In this document: positions 10,698 to 22,803 of the stretch, in pieces
Layout: every line of letters starts with the position of its first letter
Numbering within the stretch: position 1 is the first letter of the stretch
Source: Lingula anatina
Lineage: Eukaryota; Animalia; Brachiopoda
NCBI GenBank assembly: GCA_051362555.1
Contig: CM120648.1
Coordinates: 3,530,587-3,594,586 of the forward strand
Direction: 5' to 3'
DNA length: 64,000 nucleotides
The notes under the pieces: model-generated
What the model saw: only the letters and a program-made list of their open reading frames with translations
What the model was told of the DNA's origin: nothing
The model's database searches: none
Translations under genes and position numbers: made by a program

Positions 10698-12065
10698 TTA
10701 GTAAGTTTCAGCAAATTTCATATTAATATATTCCCCCATAGTCAGTGGGGCATAGGATGTGCTGCCATCTAGAGGTGAAATTACGGCCTCCTGGTCAGTC
10801 ATCATGAAGAAAGCTGCCGAGAACCTGGGGATCTTCCTCCTTACTTCTTCTTCAGGCACCACTACTTTGTGTCTCTGGAGAAAAAAAAACAATGTACTCT
10901 GGTAGCCAAACTCAAGTTTCAATCATTCCATCTGATTTTAATATTTCTCAGATATTTTTAAAAAATGCAATTATATTTTTATTTTTAAAATTCATGATGG
11001 TACCAGCCGGCGGATCGATGTTATAGGTCAACTCCTTAAGGAAAGCATCAAAACAAAACAAAAAAAATAATAAATTAAGTTGTGTATACATATACTTCAG
11101 TCCTTAATAACTATTCAGAAGTCTACATTGTAGTTAATTTCATGTCCTAGTGATGATACAAGCTTCGATTTGGGGGGAGACAATAAATTGTTTGTAGCAG
11201 TTCTGTATCTGAAACAATGATAGTTACTGTGAAGTTGAATTAAATAAAACCAGCAAACTGACAGTTTTTCAAACCTACATTAGACTTCAGTTTCCCAGCA
11301 GTCATTCTCATCAGCATGTCTCCGACATTTACAATGATGGTGCCAGGAATGGGCGTGGCAGGGATCCACTGTCCGTTTATACCCTCCACCTAAAGAAGAA
11401 CAAGACAGTCTCATATACCAGTGCATGGACAGTAGTCTTTTGTCAACAATCTTTTACCAGAGCCCAGACTTACTCGCTGTGCAAAAACTCTCAGAGAATA
11501 GAAATGTGTACAGTGAGTAAATACCCAGAGAAAGATCTGGAAATATCTGGTGAAAAACATTCTCCATGTGGCCCTCATAGAGGTTAAGCTACAGATCCTA
11601 GTATATACCAGAAGAAGTATTACACTGTTGGGTAATATGATATCTTTACCTTTGGGGTCTTCAGTTCTGACAAGTTGTGATGAAATTCTATTAACAGTCA
11701 AGGAAAAACATGGTACAAATAGAACATACACAGTACCTTTCACATGGAACTCTAAACTATTAAAATGAGAATATTATCCTGGGGCACATAATAACTTCTA
11801 AATAAGGACTAAATTGTTTTCTGGAAAGGACAAAGAATGGGGAATATCCCATTTAAACTGCCAGTCCTCCATCCAAGTAATTTGGGGTGAAAAAATGACA
11901 CTTTCAGTTTCATTTTCTCACCTCTAGACCTCCAACATCATCTTGAAAGAGAAGAGTAATGGAGCCATAGTCTGAATGTTCTCCCAGCCGTAACTGACCT
12001 GCCTTTAACTCTGAAAGAGATGAAAATCTTGATTACAAAATTTAATTTATTTTCAAACACACACC

Positions 12066-12132
<67 letters not shown>

Positions 12133-14530
12133 AGACTGTGATCTTCTCATATAAGTACCAGTAGCATTGACATCAGGGTAGTGAAGTTATTTTATAATTA
12201 CCAGTGTCATTGACAGGGGGGTAATGGAGGGTCCTCAGAGCAGTCAAATTACCAGGTTGTCCCAAAAACTGGTGAAACTTCTGAAATGACTTCATTTCCT
12301 ATGAAAAAAAAAGAGTCAAAATAAATGTCATGTTTTGCTGATAATAAAAATTTATACAGAACTGCATGCTACAGTGTACATAAAGTATATGCACAAAAAA
12401 GGATTTTTCTTCATAATTCTGCCATGAGAATACATACTAAAATGAATACATATAATTTTAATTACAATAAATAACAGGGCCTCACCATCTGCTCTGTGTA
12501 ACCATGTAAAATCTAGTTACATGCACTCCTTTATTTCCCGAGAACCCAGTATTTTTTTTTTATTTTGACAATACATAATTATAATCTCAATAGCTTATCA
12601 TTATTAACAACTTATACATACTGTAAACAATTCTGTACATGTAACTCAGCTGCTATGGTCTTGAGGACATGTGTCAAAACCTCCTCAGTGATTTATGCCT
12701 CATTTGTTTCTCTAGCATGTTGTATGCACTTACTTGAAGACCTAAACCTGCCACTATGGACTGCAGGACACGGTGACCAAGATGGCTGCATGTGTCAAAG
12801 AAGTTTTGGTAGTCTTTGACAAATTGTGGTACTTCCGTTACAGGCCAGTCCTGAAAGACAGCTTTTTTAAAATAAATAGTTTTCTATCATATAAATTCGC
12901 ATTTTTCTCATTCAATAAAGATGGATATTTTTTTTAACAGCTCAAAATTCTAAACTTGATCATACATACTAGTATGAATAACCTGTCAGAACAGAACATG
13001 AACACAGATTTTTTTTTTCTCTGAAAAAGTAGACCTTTTACCGTAACTTTTTTTCTCTTTTTTTTCACAACTTCTTTAACATGTTGATGAAAGAAAGCCT
13101 TCAAATACAGCTGTTACCCAAAAATGGTACATGTAGTAGAGCACCCCCCCCCACCTGTATTTTAGGGATAAAGAGGACGACCCCCCACCCCCCAGATCCA
13201 CCACCGCGGCGTCTAGATACCTTTATAGGGCAACCTGGGAGGTAGTTCATAGTTTCTTTGAAGTCCTGCGGCCTGTCTGGATTTAATCTGAATGAGAAAA
13301 CACATTTATATATAAAAGTTACACAGCTATCAAGCATTCACAAATTGCCTCTTCCCTTAATACTATTAATTACAAATTATTTCCCAACTCTGTGCTCCCT
13401 GACATAAAGGAACTAGTACATGACTGTGCTATTACTACTAGTATGTAAGCTTTACTCAGGGTGAAAATAATGTTAATAAAAAAAAAACCTAGAAATAAAA
13501 TTAACTGTGGAAAAATAGCTCACCAACTTACTAACTAACTAAACAAAAAAAAAAAATAAATGAATAAATAAAACTCACCTCTCTGTCTCTGTGGCAGCAA
13601 AACCATGATACTCCCCCTTCCTCATCGCATACCTGCTTTTTACTTCTCCAGGTAAATAAAAAAATGATTGTGTTGTTTGGAAAAACCTTTCTATCTGAAA
13701 TGAGAGAAAGTCATCATGGCTCTGCTTAAAGGTACACTGGGTTTGAAAATCTCTAAAATGCTCATTTTTGCCATACACAGCTTCTAACTTCAAATGATTT
13801 AACCCCTTGATTTTTATTCTTGAGCATACCTGATGTTGATATTTCCATTAATTTAGTGCTTTTGGCTCAAATGGTTGCTGTTATAATGACTGGCCAAATC
13901 TGCTAAAATCAACCTTTATAAATTTTATAAAAGGTTGAATCCAAGCACAGAGAAGTATACATAAATGATTCGTGAGTACGAAAAAAATTGCTTACTTTCC
14001 CAAGAAAATAATTAATTTTGGCAGGAAAATGATTTACTAAACCTCAAGGAGTGTACCTTTAAATTTGTTTAATGCCAACTGTCCCTAAATCCATAAAAAC
14101 CGATACATTTCTAAGTGGATGTAAAAGCCATTGTACAATCAATTCCCCGTTTTTTTTTTGTTTTTTTTTTCAATCAATTTTATTTTATTTTATTTAGCTG
14201 GTTTTAAAATTAATCATTATATTTTTATTGGTTCAAAAGAGGTACACTAGCTTACATGTACTAGTACAAGTACAATATGGTAGTTGATGCAAACCTTTTA
14301 AGTGGCTGAAAATCCCGGCACCAAGTAGTTGCACCACGTAGTAGGACGAGACCATCATTACGCACCTGTTCTCCGGGTATACCATGGCCCCTTATGTACA
14401 CAAAACCAACTTCAGTAAACGCCTTGCAAATTTCGCTGCCGACTTTCTTCAGACTTTCGTCTGATACTTCCGAGTTTTGTGAGCTACAGGGAGAGAAGTC
14501 CACTACGGGGATTCCGACGATGGTGGTCAT
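10698..14530 (-). CDS. 2-oxoglutarate/Fe(II)-dependent dioxygenase, isopenicillin-N-synthase-like (DIOX_N + 2OG-FeII_Oxy), 8 exons, 312 aa
   Basis: Exons 14530-14366, 13694-13579, 13287-13221, 12850-12734, 12298-12202, 12010-11922, 11389-11279, 10874-10698 (939 nt). IPVVDFS, VGFVYIRGHGI, LRTLHYPP, HxD motif GEHSDYGSITLLFQD, IVNVGDML, distal His in SNRHKV, RxS in PRFSAAFF. Confidence 0.93.
13730..14058. mobile_element. Non-autonomous TTAA-targeting DNA element (Kolobok/piggyBac-like) in dioxygenase intron 1
   Basis: TTAA-AGGTACACT ... AGTGTACCT-TTAA: 9-bp TIR with TTAA flanks. Confidence 0.6.
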
Positions 14531-14725
14531 GATACTTGGGCAGAGTTCAAAGTAAAAATCGCATCAATCAAAAACTCAAGAAAGTAAATATTAAGTACAA
14601 GTACTTCAAAGTTCACGAAAAGTGGCATGAAGGTGAAGATCGTACCTCCACCAACTGAAGAGTGCACAAGGTAATCTCACTAAACACCATTAAGTCAGGT
14701 CGATCGATATGACTCAATCAATTTA

Positions 14726-14778
<53 letters not shown>

Positions 14779-15480
14779 AGAGTTTTTGTGATTATTCATG
14801 TTTAAAAACTACATTTGTAGGCCTAGTATAGTTATATATAGGCCTACAGCTACGTACAGTGTACATGTAGGCCTACTGGTAGGCCTACGTGTTCCACTCT
14901 ATTTCAGATGATTAAAATGGAGCCTTATATTTGAAATTGTCAGAAAATTGGTAAGACATATTGAATCAAATTAAGATACTGATATGTTTTATGAAAAGTC
15001 CTACTATACTGCACCAAAAATATCTCACTGATTTTTTTTTTTTTTTTTTTTTTTTGAAAAATAATTATAAAAGTCATGCATATATAGGCCCTATGGCTCA
15101 TATTTTTTATAAGCAACGACTGTGACAAAAACAGATTCTACAAGGCAATTTATTTATTCCAATTTATTTTCAACCTAGGAATTACAAGTAGGCCTATTTA
15201 TAATGCCATCAAAGAAGAAGCTTGTTAGCTGGGACAACTTACAATTTCATTTGACAATTTTAAAGTATTCATTAAGTAGGCCCTGCTGATAATTAATTCA
15301 ATGTTACAAGTTTTGGATGAAATTAAATGTACTAAAATAATATAGCCTCGCGTAAATTTACTCAGCCACTTTCTCATACCATTTACTCTTGAAGGTAAAA
15401 TTAACTAAAGTTTACGCATAAATTACAGACCATTCATCTTTAAAGAAATCTCACCAGCCATCGTTCACATACTAGTATTT

Positions 15481-15818
15481 AACTAGAAATTAAAGCACTC
15501 AGAGAGCGCAGACCTCCGCCAAGGCAGCAAAGTCTCCATCCAATGCCGTTTCACCCCTAAATTTTCTATATTTTTGATTATTGATTGATTATTGATCCGG
15601 ATCCCCACCAAAAACTAATCATCTGTTCCTTGGATCACTTCTGACTGTTCCTGAAAATTTCATCAAAATCGGTCCATAACTTTTTTTTTTTATCATTGAT
15701 TATTAATTATTGATTTATTATTGATCCAGATCACCACCACAAAATAACCATCTCTTTCTTGGCCCACTTCTGAAAATTTCACAGGGGTGAAAACATAACC
15801 TCCTTGGCGGAGGTAATA
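15481..15818 (+). mobile_element. Helentron/HINE-like non-autonomous element
   Basis: Subterminal IR ACCTCCGCCAAGG (15512-15524)/CCTTGGCGGAGGT (15802-15814), 3' hairpin ACCTCC-TTGGC-GGAGGT, and an internal duplicated unit (gattattgatcc.gatc..caccaa..aa.catct.tt..ttgg..cacttctga). Confidence 0.6.
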
Positions 15819-16047
15819 AAACATTTTACGGGTAAATGGGTTGCTGGTTCTTGCATATCAAGACAGGAGGGAGAGGGGAGCTCACCAAGGATTAGTGTAT
15901 GCAAAACTACTAATAGCAGCATAGCTTTGAACTAACTAAATTGTTACAATGACTATATTTGTTTAGTCCAATACAAGTGTCTTGCTGTCGCTGAATCATC
16001 TTCAGCATGGCTCCATTAGAAATGTCGTCTTTTACGTCCACACCCTC

Positions 16048-19000
16048 TCAATACGTAGAATAGCGAAATATCACGGTCATTCCGTCGGTTGGATAGAAAC
16101 CATCAACACCTGGCAGAAAATAAATATATTTTCCTTATAATTTATATATATAAAGCACTGTTAGATTTGATTGTAAGAATTGACTATGCGTTCAGATGCA
16201 AGAACTTAGAACGAAGCTGAAACTATAAGGGTGTTGCTGAAAACAACAAAGACATGTTGATAGTAGAGAGACGAGTTTCCAATGTTCTGAAACCCAGACT
16301 GACCAAGCACCATTGACCACTTACTTGTAGTGAGGGTAGCGTTAGGGGCCACGGCTGGGCTCCAGTACGTTCTAGCGTCTGGGTCGGACGCTATCCCCTG
16401 GATACTGGTGATGGAGGTGCCCCAGGACTTCTCCTCGCTCGTGAACCTGGCCAAAAAAAAAAAAAAAAATCACAACAATAAATTCTTCAAGCAACATCAG
16501 CTATCCGATATTTCAGTGGCGTCCAAGTCTGGTTGAAACGCATTTATGCATGATGGTGGCATGGCAGCTGTACTGTTTAATAATGTATTATTTTTTTTTC
16601 AAATATAATCATAGATTCTTCAAACAACAGATGACACAACCTGAATATATCATTGAATCCAGTGGGGCAAAGCAACAATTAAGAGTCAATACAAGCAGAC
16701 GTGAACGTGTGCACATCTTGAACTTACGTAAAATTTGGATCCGTATTCCGGAGGATGACCATGGCGTCCAACAGGGAGGAGCCATCTGGTACCGTCACGT
16801 TAAAGGTGTCACTGACGTTGTGTGGCGCCAACGTCGCTATCACGATGATTGTGAACGTGAAAAATGACGTTGGCGGTGTGGTGGGGGCGGGAGTTGTAGT
16901 CACTGAGAGAAAGTGAAAATGAAATTATTTGTTCTTGGTGTTATTCTGCAGTATACAGAGGTACATTTAGGTGCAATTAAGAAACAAAAAAGATAAAACT
17001 GCAAACTGTCGATGATTTGTGATATATACATATCATCGACAGTTTGCACAAACGTCGAATAGGCAGTAAGTAAAGGAGATTTACTAGTAGATACTTTAAT
17101 GACCTACTACTGTGGGATTTCGCTGGAACGCTGAATACAGGTCTTACCTACTTGGCAGGAAGTAATGTCGCCTATGTCAGCATATGATTTCTGGTTCAAC
17201 GCCGGAAACACTTGATTGGCTGCCGCTACTGAGTCATAGGAGCCGTCCTCACCTTAACAATTTACCGATATTTGAAATTTCAACAAATTGATTATTGAAA
17301 AAAAAATCAACCATAGACCTACTATAACTATATTTTCATTTCATTATTTTGCCCTTTTCAGAATGGGATTTTCAAATTTAATGTCAATAGATCTTCTTTA
17401 TTATTTTTTTCTGGTTCAAATAGATAGCTCATTATTATTTTTTATTTTTGTTAAACATCTTTATAATTCTATTGACTACGACCCTTTTTCAAGAATGCGT
17501 TTATTACGTTCTAACAAACTGTATACTGGCATGTTACAGTTTACCTTGCAATGATACCAGGTAGAGGAGAGCATCTTTCTTGATGTCCAATCTGCTCTCT
17601 TTGTCGTCGGCATAGAGAGCCTGAAAGAGTTGATTTAGCTTTTAATGACATATTTGCACATGTGTACATGTACCTAATAGCTATCGAATTAGGTGTAGTT
17701 GGCGCAAATGGAATGACTTATACACGGTACAATCCTTGAAGTCTAAAACTTTCATTTTGATGAAAGAAAGCAAAATTCTTATTTAAAGCATTTTCAAGAT
17801 GGCCAGCAAAACCAAAATGGCAGGGGTGACGAAGAGCGAAGTTGCCAAACCCGAATTGAGTATCATCAATAAGCACACACAAATTCTGTACCTCTCAACT
17901 TTTATCTCTTATCGTATTTTTTTTTATGATAATATTTGTAATTTATCTGTGAATATTTATAAGAAATCGTGCACTAAATACTGGGTATCTCAGGTATCTA
18001 CTCATATTTCATGAACAACGATACCAGGCATATATAACATAATTTCTTTTAAATTTCTTCAATAATTAGAAAATAAATAGATCTCAGCATTAGAGTTTAC
18101 CTGCACAGCCAACCCAGTGCTGTATTCATTTCCAAAAGAACCATCTGGTTTCTTGTTATCAAGTATAAACTGTACTCCAGCAGAAATGGCGGACTTCACG
18201 TCGGTTTGGTTCCTCACACAAGATAAGGCTATCACCGTCATAGCCGCCTCATCTTTCATTTGATAAATTAGAATAAGAAAACAAAGGATAACGTCATTAG
18301 TGAATCTTAAATTAACTTAAAAACATAGCTAAGTCTCTGTTTATTATCCTTCCAACTAACAAAATATTGGCAGATAAGGATAAAGCGACATGAGGTTTGT
18401 TAGGGAAATTTGATAAAAGGACCCCTGATAAATGCACCTGTAGGTGTTTCTCTGTATAAGTGCGTATGTACGGTACATGTAATCTCTCTCTCACTCTCTC
18501 TCTCTCTCTTTGTATAATATAATTTATCTATTTATCTTTTTCGGGTGGAGGTTTAGAAAAATGAATAACCCAACCCACTTTCGAATACATTCAGAATATT
18601 CAGAGAGCGATGATGTCAATTTTGTTGTTCTACATACCTACGCCAAACGTGTAGTTCCCGGGTGATTTGGTCAACTGCTGTATGTACGTCTCCTGTACGG
18701 TCAACCCTGCATTACACAGTGCAAGCACGGCCCAACTGTACGCGAAGTTGTGATTGAAGTAGTGCTTGGGGAACCCGTCCATGTGACCTTGAAGCATGGT
18801 GAGAAGGTCATGGCCGTAGAAGTCGCTTGGGTCCTGGCACGTGGCCACGAGGCCGTTGATGTAATGTGCAAGTTTCCCGCCATACCAGTTCCGTGTGTCC
18901 AAGTCTGGATATCTTAAGAGAATATATGAATAATTTAAGAAGGGGAATCTCATGAAGACGCCACCTTAAATAAACAAAATTAGCAAATAAAAAGCCCTAT

Positions 19001-20933
19001 ATGGGCCCCCAAAATTATAAAATAATGTGTCAACACACGCATACACCTTTAAAATACAAGACTTTCTTAAATATATGAAATACTACATTTCAAAGTGTTT
19101 AGCTTCAGAGAGTCAATTTTCTTCCATGTCCCCATTGTATAATTCGATGTAGCTAAAACGAAGAACAAATGATGAATTAAGAAAAAAAATTAAACAAGTG
19201 TTATGTGAAAGGTAATGGTAGGTTGAAAGTAAAAATGCAGGTGATAACATCTTACTTGCTAATAGCTGCCAAGAGGTCAAGGTTCATTTCCTTGACGGTG
19301 GCGGCAGGACCTGGCAGGTATGGCTTGTACCAAACATTAAGGACCAACTGGAGAGCCATGACCGCCTCCGCCTCCTTACGGGTCCCCCAGCCCCAGCTCT
19401 CCGTGCGCTGAGACAAAAGCCAAATTACGCCTTTTACTTTAGCTTGTTGAATGCCTAGAATGATAATATAATCTCAAGAACTTACGGCAGTTTGAAAAGA
19501 CGTGTAGTATTTCTGTGAGTTCGTTGACAGGTAGAAAGAATGTTGAATTACACAAACATAAATTATCAAGTAGATAAATAAATGGATTGACAAAAATCAT
19601 TAGAAAAAAATTAAAGAATCATATTTCTATTCATTTCCTCTATTTGTAGTTAATTCAATACTCTCCATCTTTATATTGGCTGTTTGTTTACAAAAATCCT
19701 CATTGCAATATGTGCACAGAATTAAACATAGGCATATTTGTGAGCATGAAGTGAAAAAAATCTCTGTGGCGCTGGAACATGTAGAGGATATTAATTCGCT
19801 GCTGAGAGGTTTTGTTAAGGCGAAAGATTTAAGAGCCATATTTTTATTCAAGAGTTAACTGAACATAACAACGTAAACGATTCAGGTTTTGGTTACTTTA
19901 TTTGATGTGCGAAGTCACGAGATTATACGTACTAGAGGTGCTTGTTTTGATTAATTGCGGAAACAAATCTAAATTAGATCAGATGCTTATGGTTGAATCA
20001 CATGACTGAAGCCTACACGATGAAGTAGTCTACTTGTTTTCCAATTCTAATAAAATGATTTAAAGATAATAAACGTAGCTAAATTCACTGTATAGAAAAC
20101 TAAACTCTAACTGAAAGCCGTTTTTTATTGGCTCTAAAATCCTAAGAACGATTAAGCCATTGTGAATTAGCTTCCTTCTTGGATTGCACGTCAATGATTT
20201 TGTATAGGTCAGCTCCATTTAACTAATAAAACCGTTTAGAATCGTCTAAAACGAGATCGACGATCGGCAGTATGTGTTCAACCATTTCCAGCCTTTTTCA
20301 CTTGCCACATACTTCAAGTGTTCGGGCGCAGTTTAGTTAGATTTGTTATATAGCAAAACCACCGCTTCAATCATTACACATACAAGTTTACATTCTATTT
20401 AATCTTGTGCTGATTAAATCGCGGCATTATCCAGAATGTCAGTTTCGCAATGTGTGTCAATCACCATATTTTTGTATTCATTTCAAGTTGTTTATCCTTT
20501 TTTCTCTTTATTATAGATTTGGCTTCTGAAAGCAGCCACTTTTATACCGTTCGAACGGTTGTGTACATGTAGCAATATCATAGTAAATGTGTAATTCAAC
20601 AGAGAGCATTATTATATACTTTTTAAAAAACTTTAATTTCAGAAAATCATCCGCTTTTTAAAACGGCAGTTGTTTTATCAAGTATCTTACTCCAGATCCC
20701 CAGCGCCGGTAGCGTTGGTTGCGATATCGGATGGGTGTTTGTGAGCGGTTTGTGAGCGTGTTTGTGAGCGGGTGCGTTTGCACGCGCGTGTGTAATTCTT
20801 TCATTCGTTACGCAAAATCTATCTAAAGACAATTGCAAAAGTCTACTTTACCGTAATGAGTATCTATGTCACAGCCGTGACACTGACACGCCAACAGCAG
20901 CAGACCCAGTGCAGCAAGCTTAAGTAATCCCAT
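16048..20933 (-). CDS. Secreted cobalamin-binding protein, transcobalamin/intrinsic factor/haptocorrin family, copy A, 9 exons, 415 aa
   Basis: Exons 20933-20852, 19454-19256, 18912-18638, 18252-18101, 17620-17545, 17252-17148, 16902-16728, 16446-16325, 16109-16048 (1248 nt). Signal peptide MGLLKLAALGLLLLACQCHG; alpha-domain motifs GKLAHYINGLVATCQDP, AVLALC, GVDEAAMTVIALSC, DGSFGNEYSTGLAVQAL, AANQVFPAL; Thr/Pro linker; beta-domain (DUF4430-type) GSSLLDAM, SWGTSITSIQGI, TYW. Confidence 0.9.
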
Positions 20934-20980
20934 CTTGTTCTGTATATCCTTTTGCTATGAGATAGACGGCTTCGTGCTGT

Positions 20981-20998
20981 CTTTATATACGCTTTATA
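20981..20998 (-). promoter_or_regulatory. Tandem TATA-like boxes upstream of cobalamin-binder copy A
   Basis: Minus strand reads TATAAAGCGTATATAAAG about 50-65 nt upstream of the ATG at 20933. Confidence 0.5.
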
Positions 20999-21069
20999 CC
21001 ACGGCCGCCGCACCCTTTACGAATTAGAGATGGCAGGTAGAGTTGATGTATGCCCATGGCTGTTAATAA

Positions 21070-21278
21070 GGGCTCATTCTCGATGAAACTATCGGTTTAC
21101 TTATATCGATCCTACTCCGAGTGGACTCTAGCTGAATGCAAATAGATCAAAAGAAGAACTGGTGGTAAGTTTTAACAAGAAGAAGCATGTTAATCTGTTA
21201 ATCTGGTTGGATTCAGCGATAGTCCTTGCGGAGTTTAATCGATCTACGTAGACCGATAGTTTCATAGGGAATGAGCCC
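21070..21278. mobile_element. PIF/Harbinger-type MITE (family 1)
   Basis: TAA-GGGCTCATTC ... GAATGAGCCC-TAA, with extended IR ATGAAACTATCGGT / ACCGATAGTTTCAT. Confidence 0.8.
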
Positions 21279-22413
21279 TAAGGAGACGATTGGTTCGAAA
21301 ACATGTTTGGGTAATGGTTTGAAAGGCAGACCATAATTATGCAAGCGACAAAAAATTGTTATTTTGGATATAAACTTGACTAAGCACTTAAAAAGCATTC
21401 AAATAGGAGTTATTTTATGACACAAAATGCTTCATTTGCAATTTAATTGAGAAATTTTCTTGACGAGACCTGTATTTTATTTGCACGAGGTACCGTATTA
21501 ACCCTATGATCTATAGGTGCTGTATAAAGCTCGTCTTTTACGAGTAGTGATTTAGGGTTCAAAATGAATAATTCAGGCTGTCTTAAGAAAAGAAGGGTGA
21601 AAATAGCTGCTCATAAACCTTCTGGACTTTATCCAGATACCCAAAACATTTAGATAAAACACCAAACTTTTCAGAATATAAATGATTTTGGTTCGTTGTT
21701 TGGTGGCATCTGTCAATGTTAAATGTGAACTCCGTTTACTTGTTTTTCTGCTTATTTTTCTCTACTCCAACGACCAAATTTGATTTAAAAAAATTAACAC
21801 TGTCCCTGCAATTGTTTGACAAAAGCACACGGGAAGACAACAAAGCTTTTCAGCTGTCTGATTTTATTATTTTTTTCTGGTTCAAATTCACCATTGGAAA
21901 TATCATTATACATAATTATGAGCATAAATGTCAGAGAGAATTCATCACTTTGTTAGAACGATTTCATATATCGTTAATTTCATGTTATTTTTTCATTGAT
22001 ATACGGTACGTGCATCGTTAATGAGAACAGCAAGCTATAGTTTTGAACAGGACTGACTTTTGCACTGAATTTAAGTTGCATTATTCGATCGGAATGTGTC
22101 ATGTTAACGAGATCTGATTATAAAACTTTGGTTGACATAAAATCTCTCAAATTGCCATGCACTTTTCAACAATCATTTTTGCAAATCTCAAATAAATGTG
22201 TATACATTACCAATATCTCTTTCACTATTTCTAACACTTCTATAGAGTCAATATAATTGAAGTATACATATGTGCACAAATCAGTTGCAATTCTGAATAA
22301 ATATTCGCATGCATTTCAAAGGTATTGTTCCTTCATTCTTAACGATCAATTTTACAGCTTCTAACGACATATGGGCTTTGTCGAAATTGATTCCCCATTC
22401 TGTGGCAATGATC

Positions 22414-22491
22414 TCAGTAAGTCGACAAGCTGAAAATCACCGTCATTCCCGCGGTAGGGAAGAAGCCATCAACGCCTGAAAGAAAATAAAC

Positions 22492-22524
<33 letters not shown>

Positions 22525-22551
22525 TAAGCAGCAGTTAATTCCTGTCTCTTA

Positions 22552-22640
<89 letters not shown>

Positions 22641-22730
22641 CCAGTAATATTATTATATAAAGAAGACCAGCTCCCCATGGTCCGTCACCATGGGTAGAGC
22701 ACTTTTCCAAAGTGAATCGACTATATTCTC

Positions 22731-22803
<73 letters not shown>

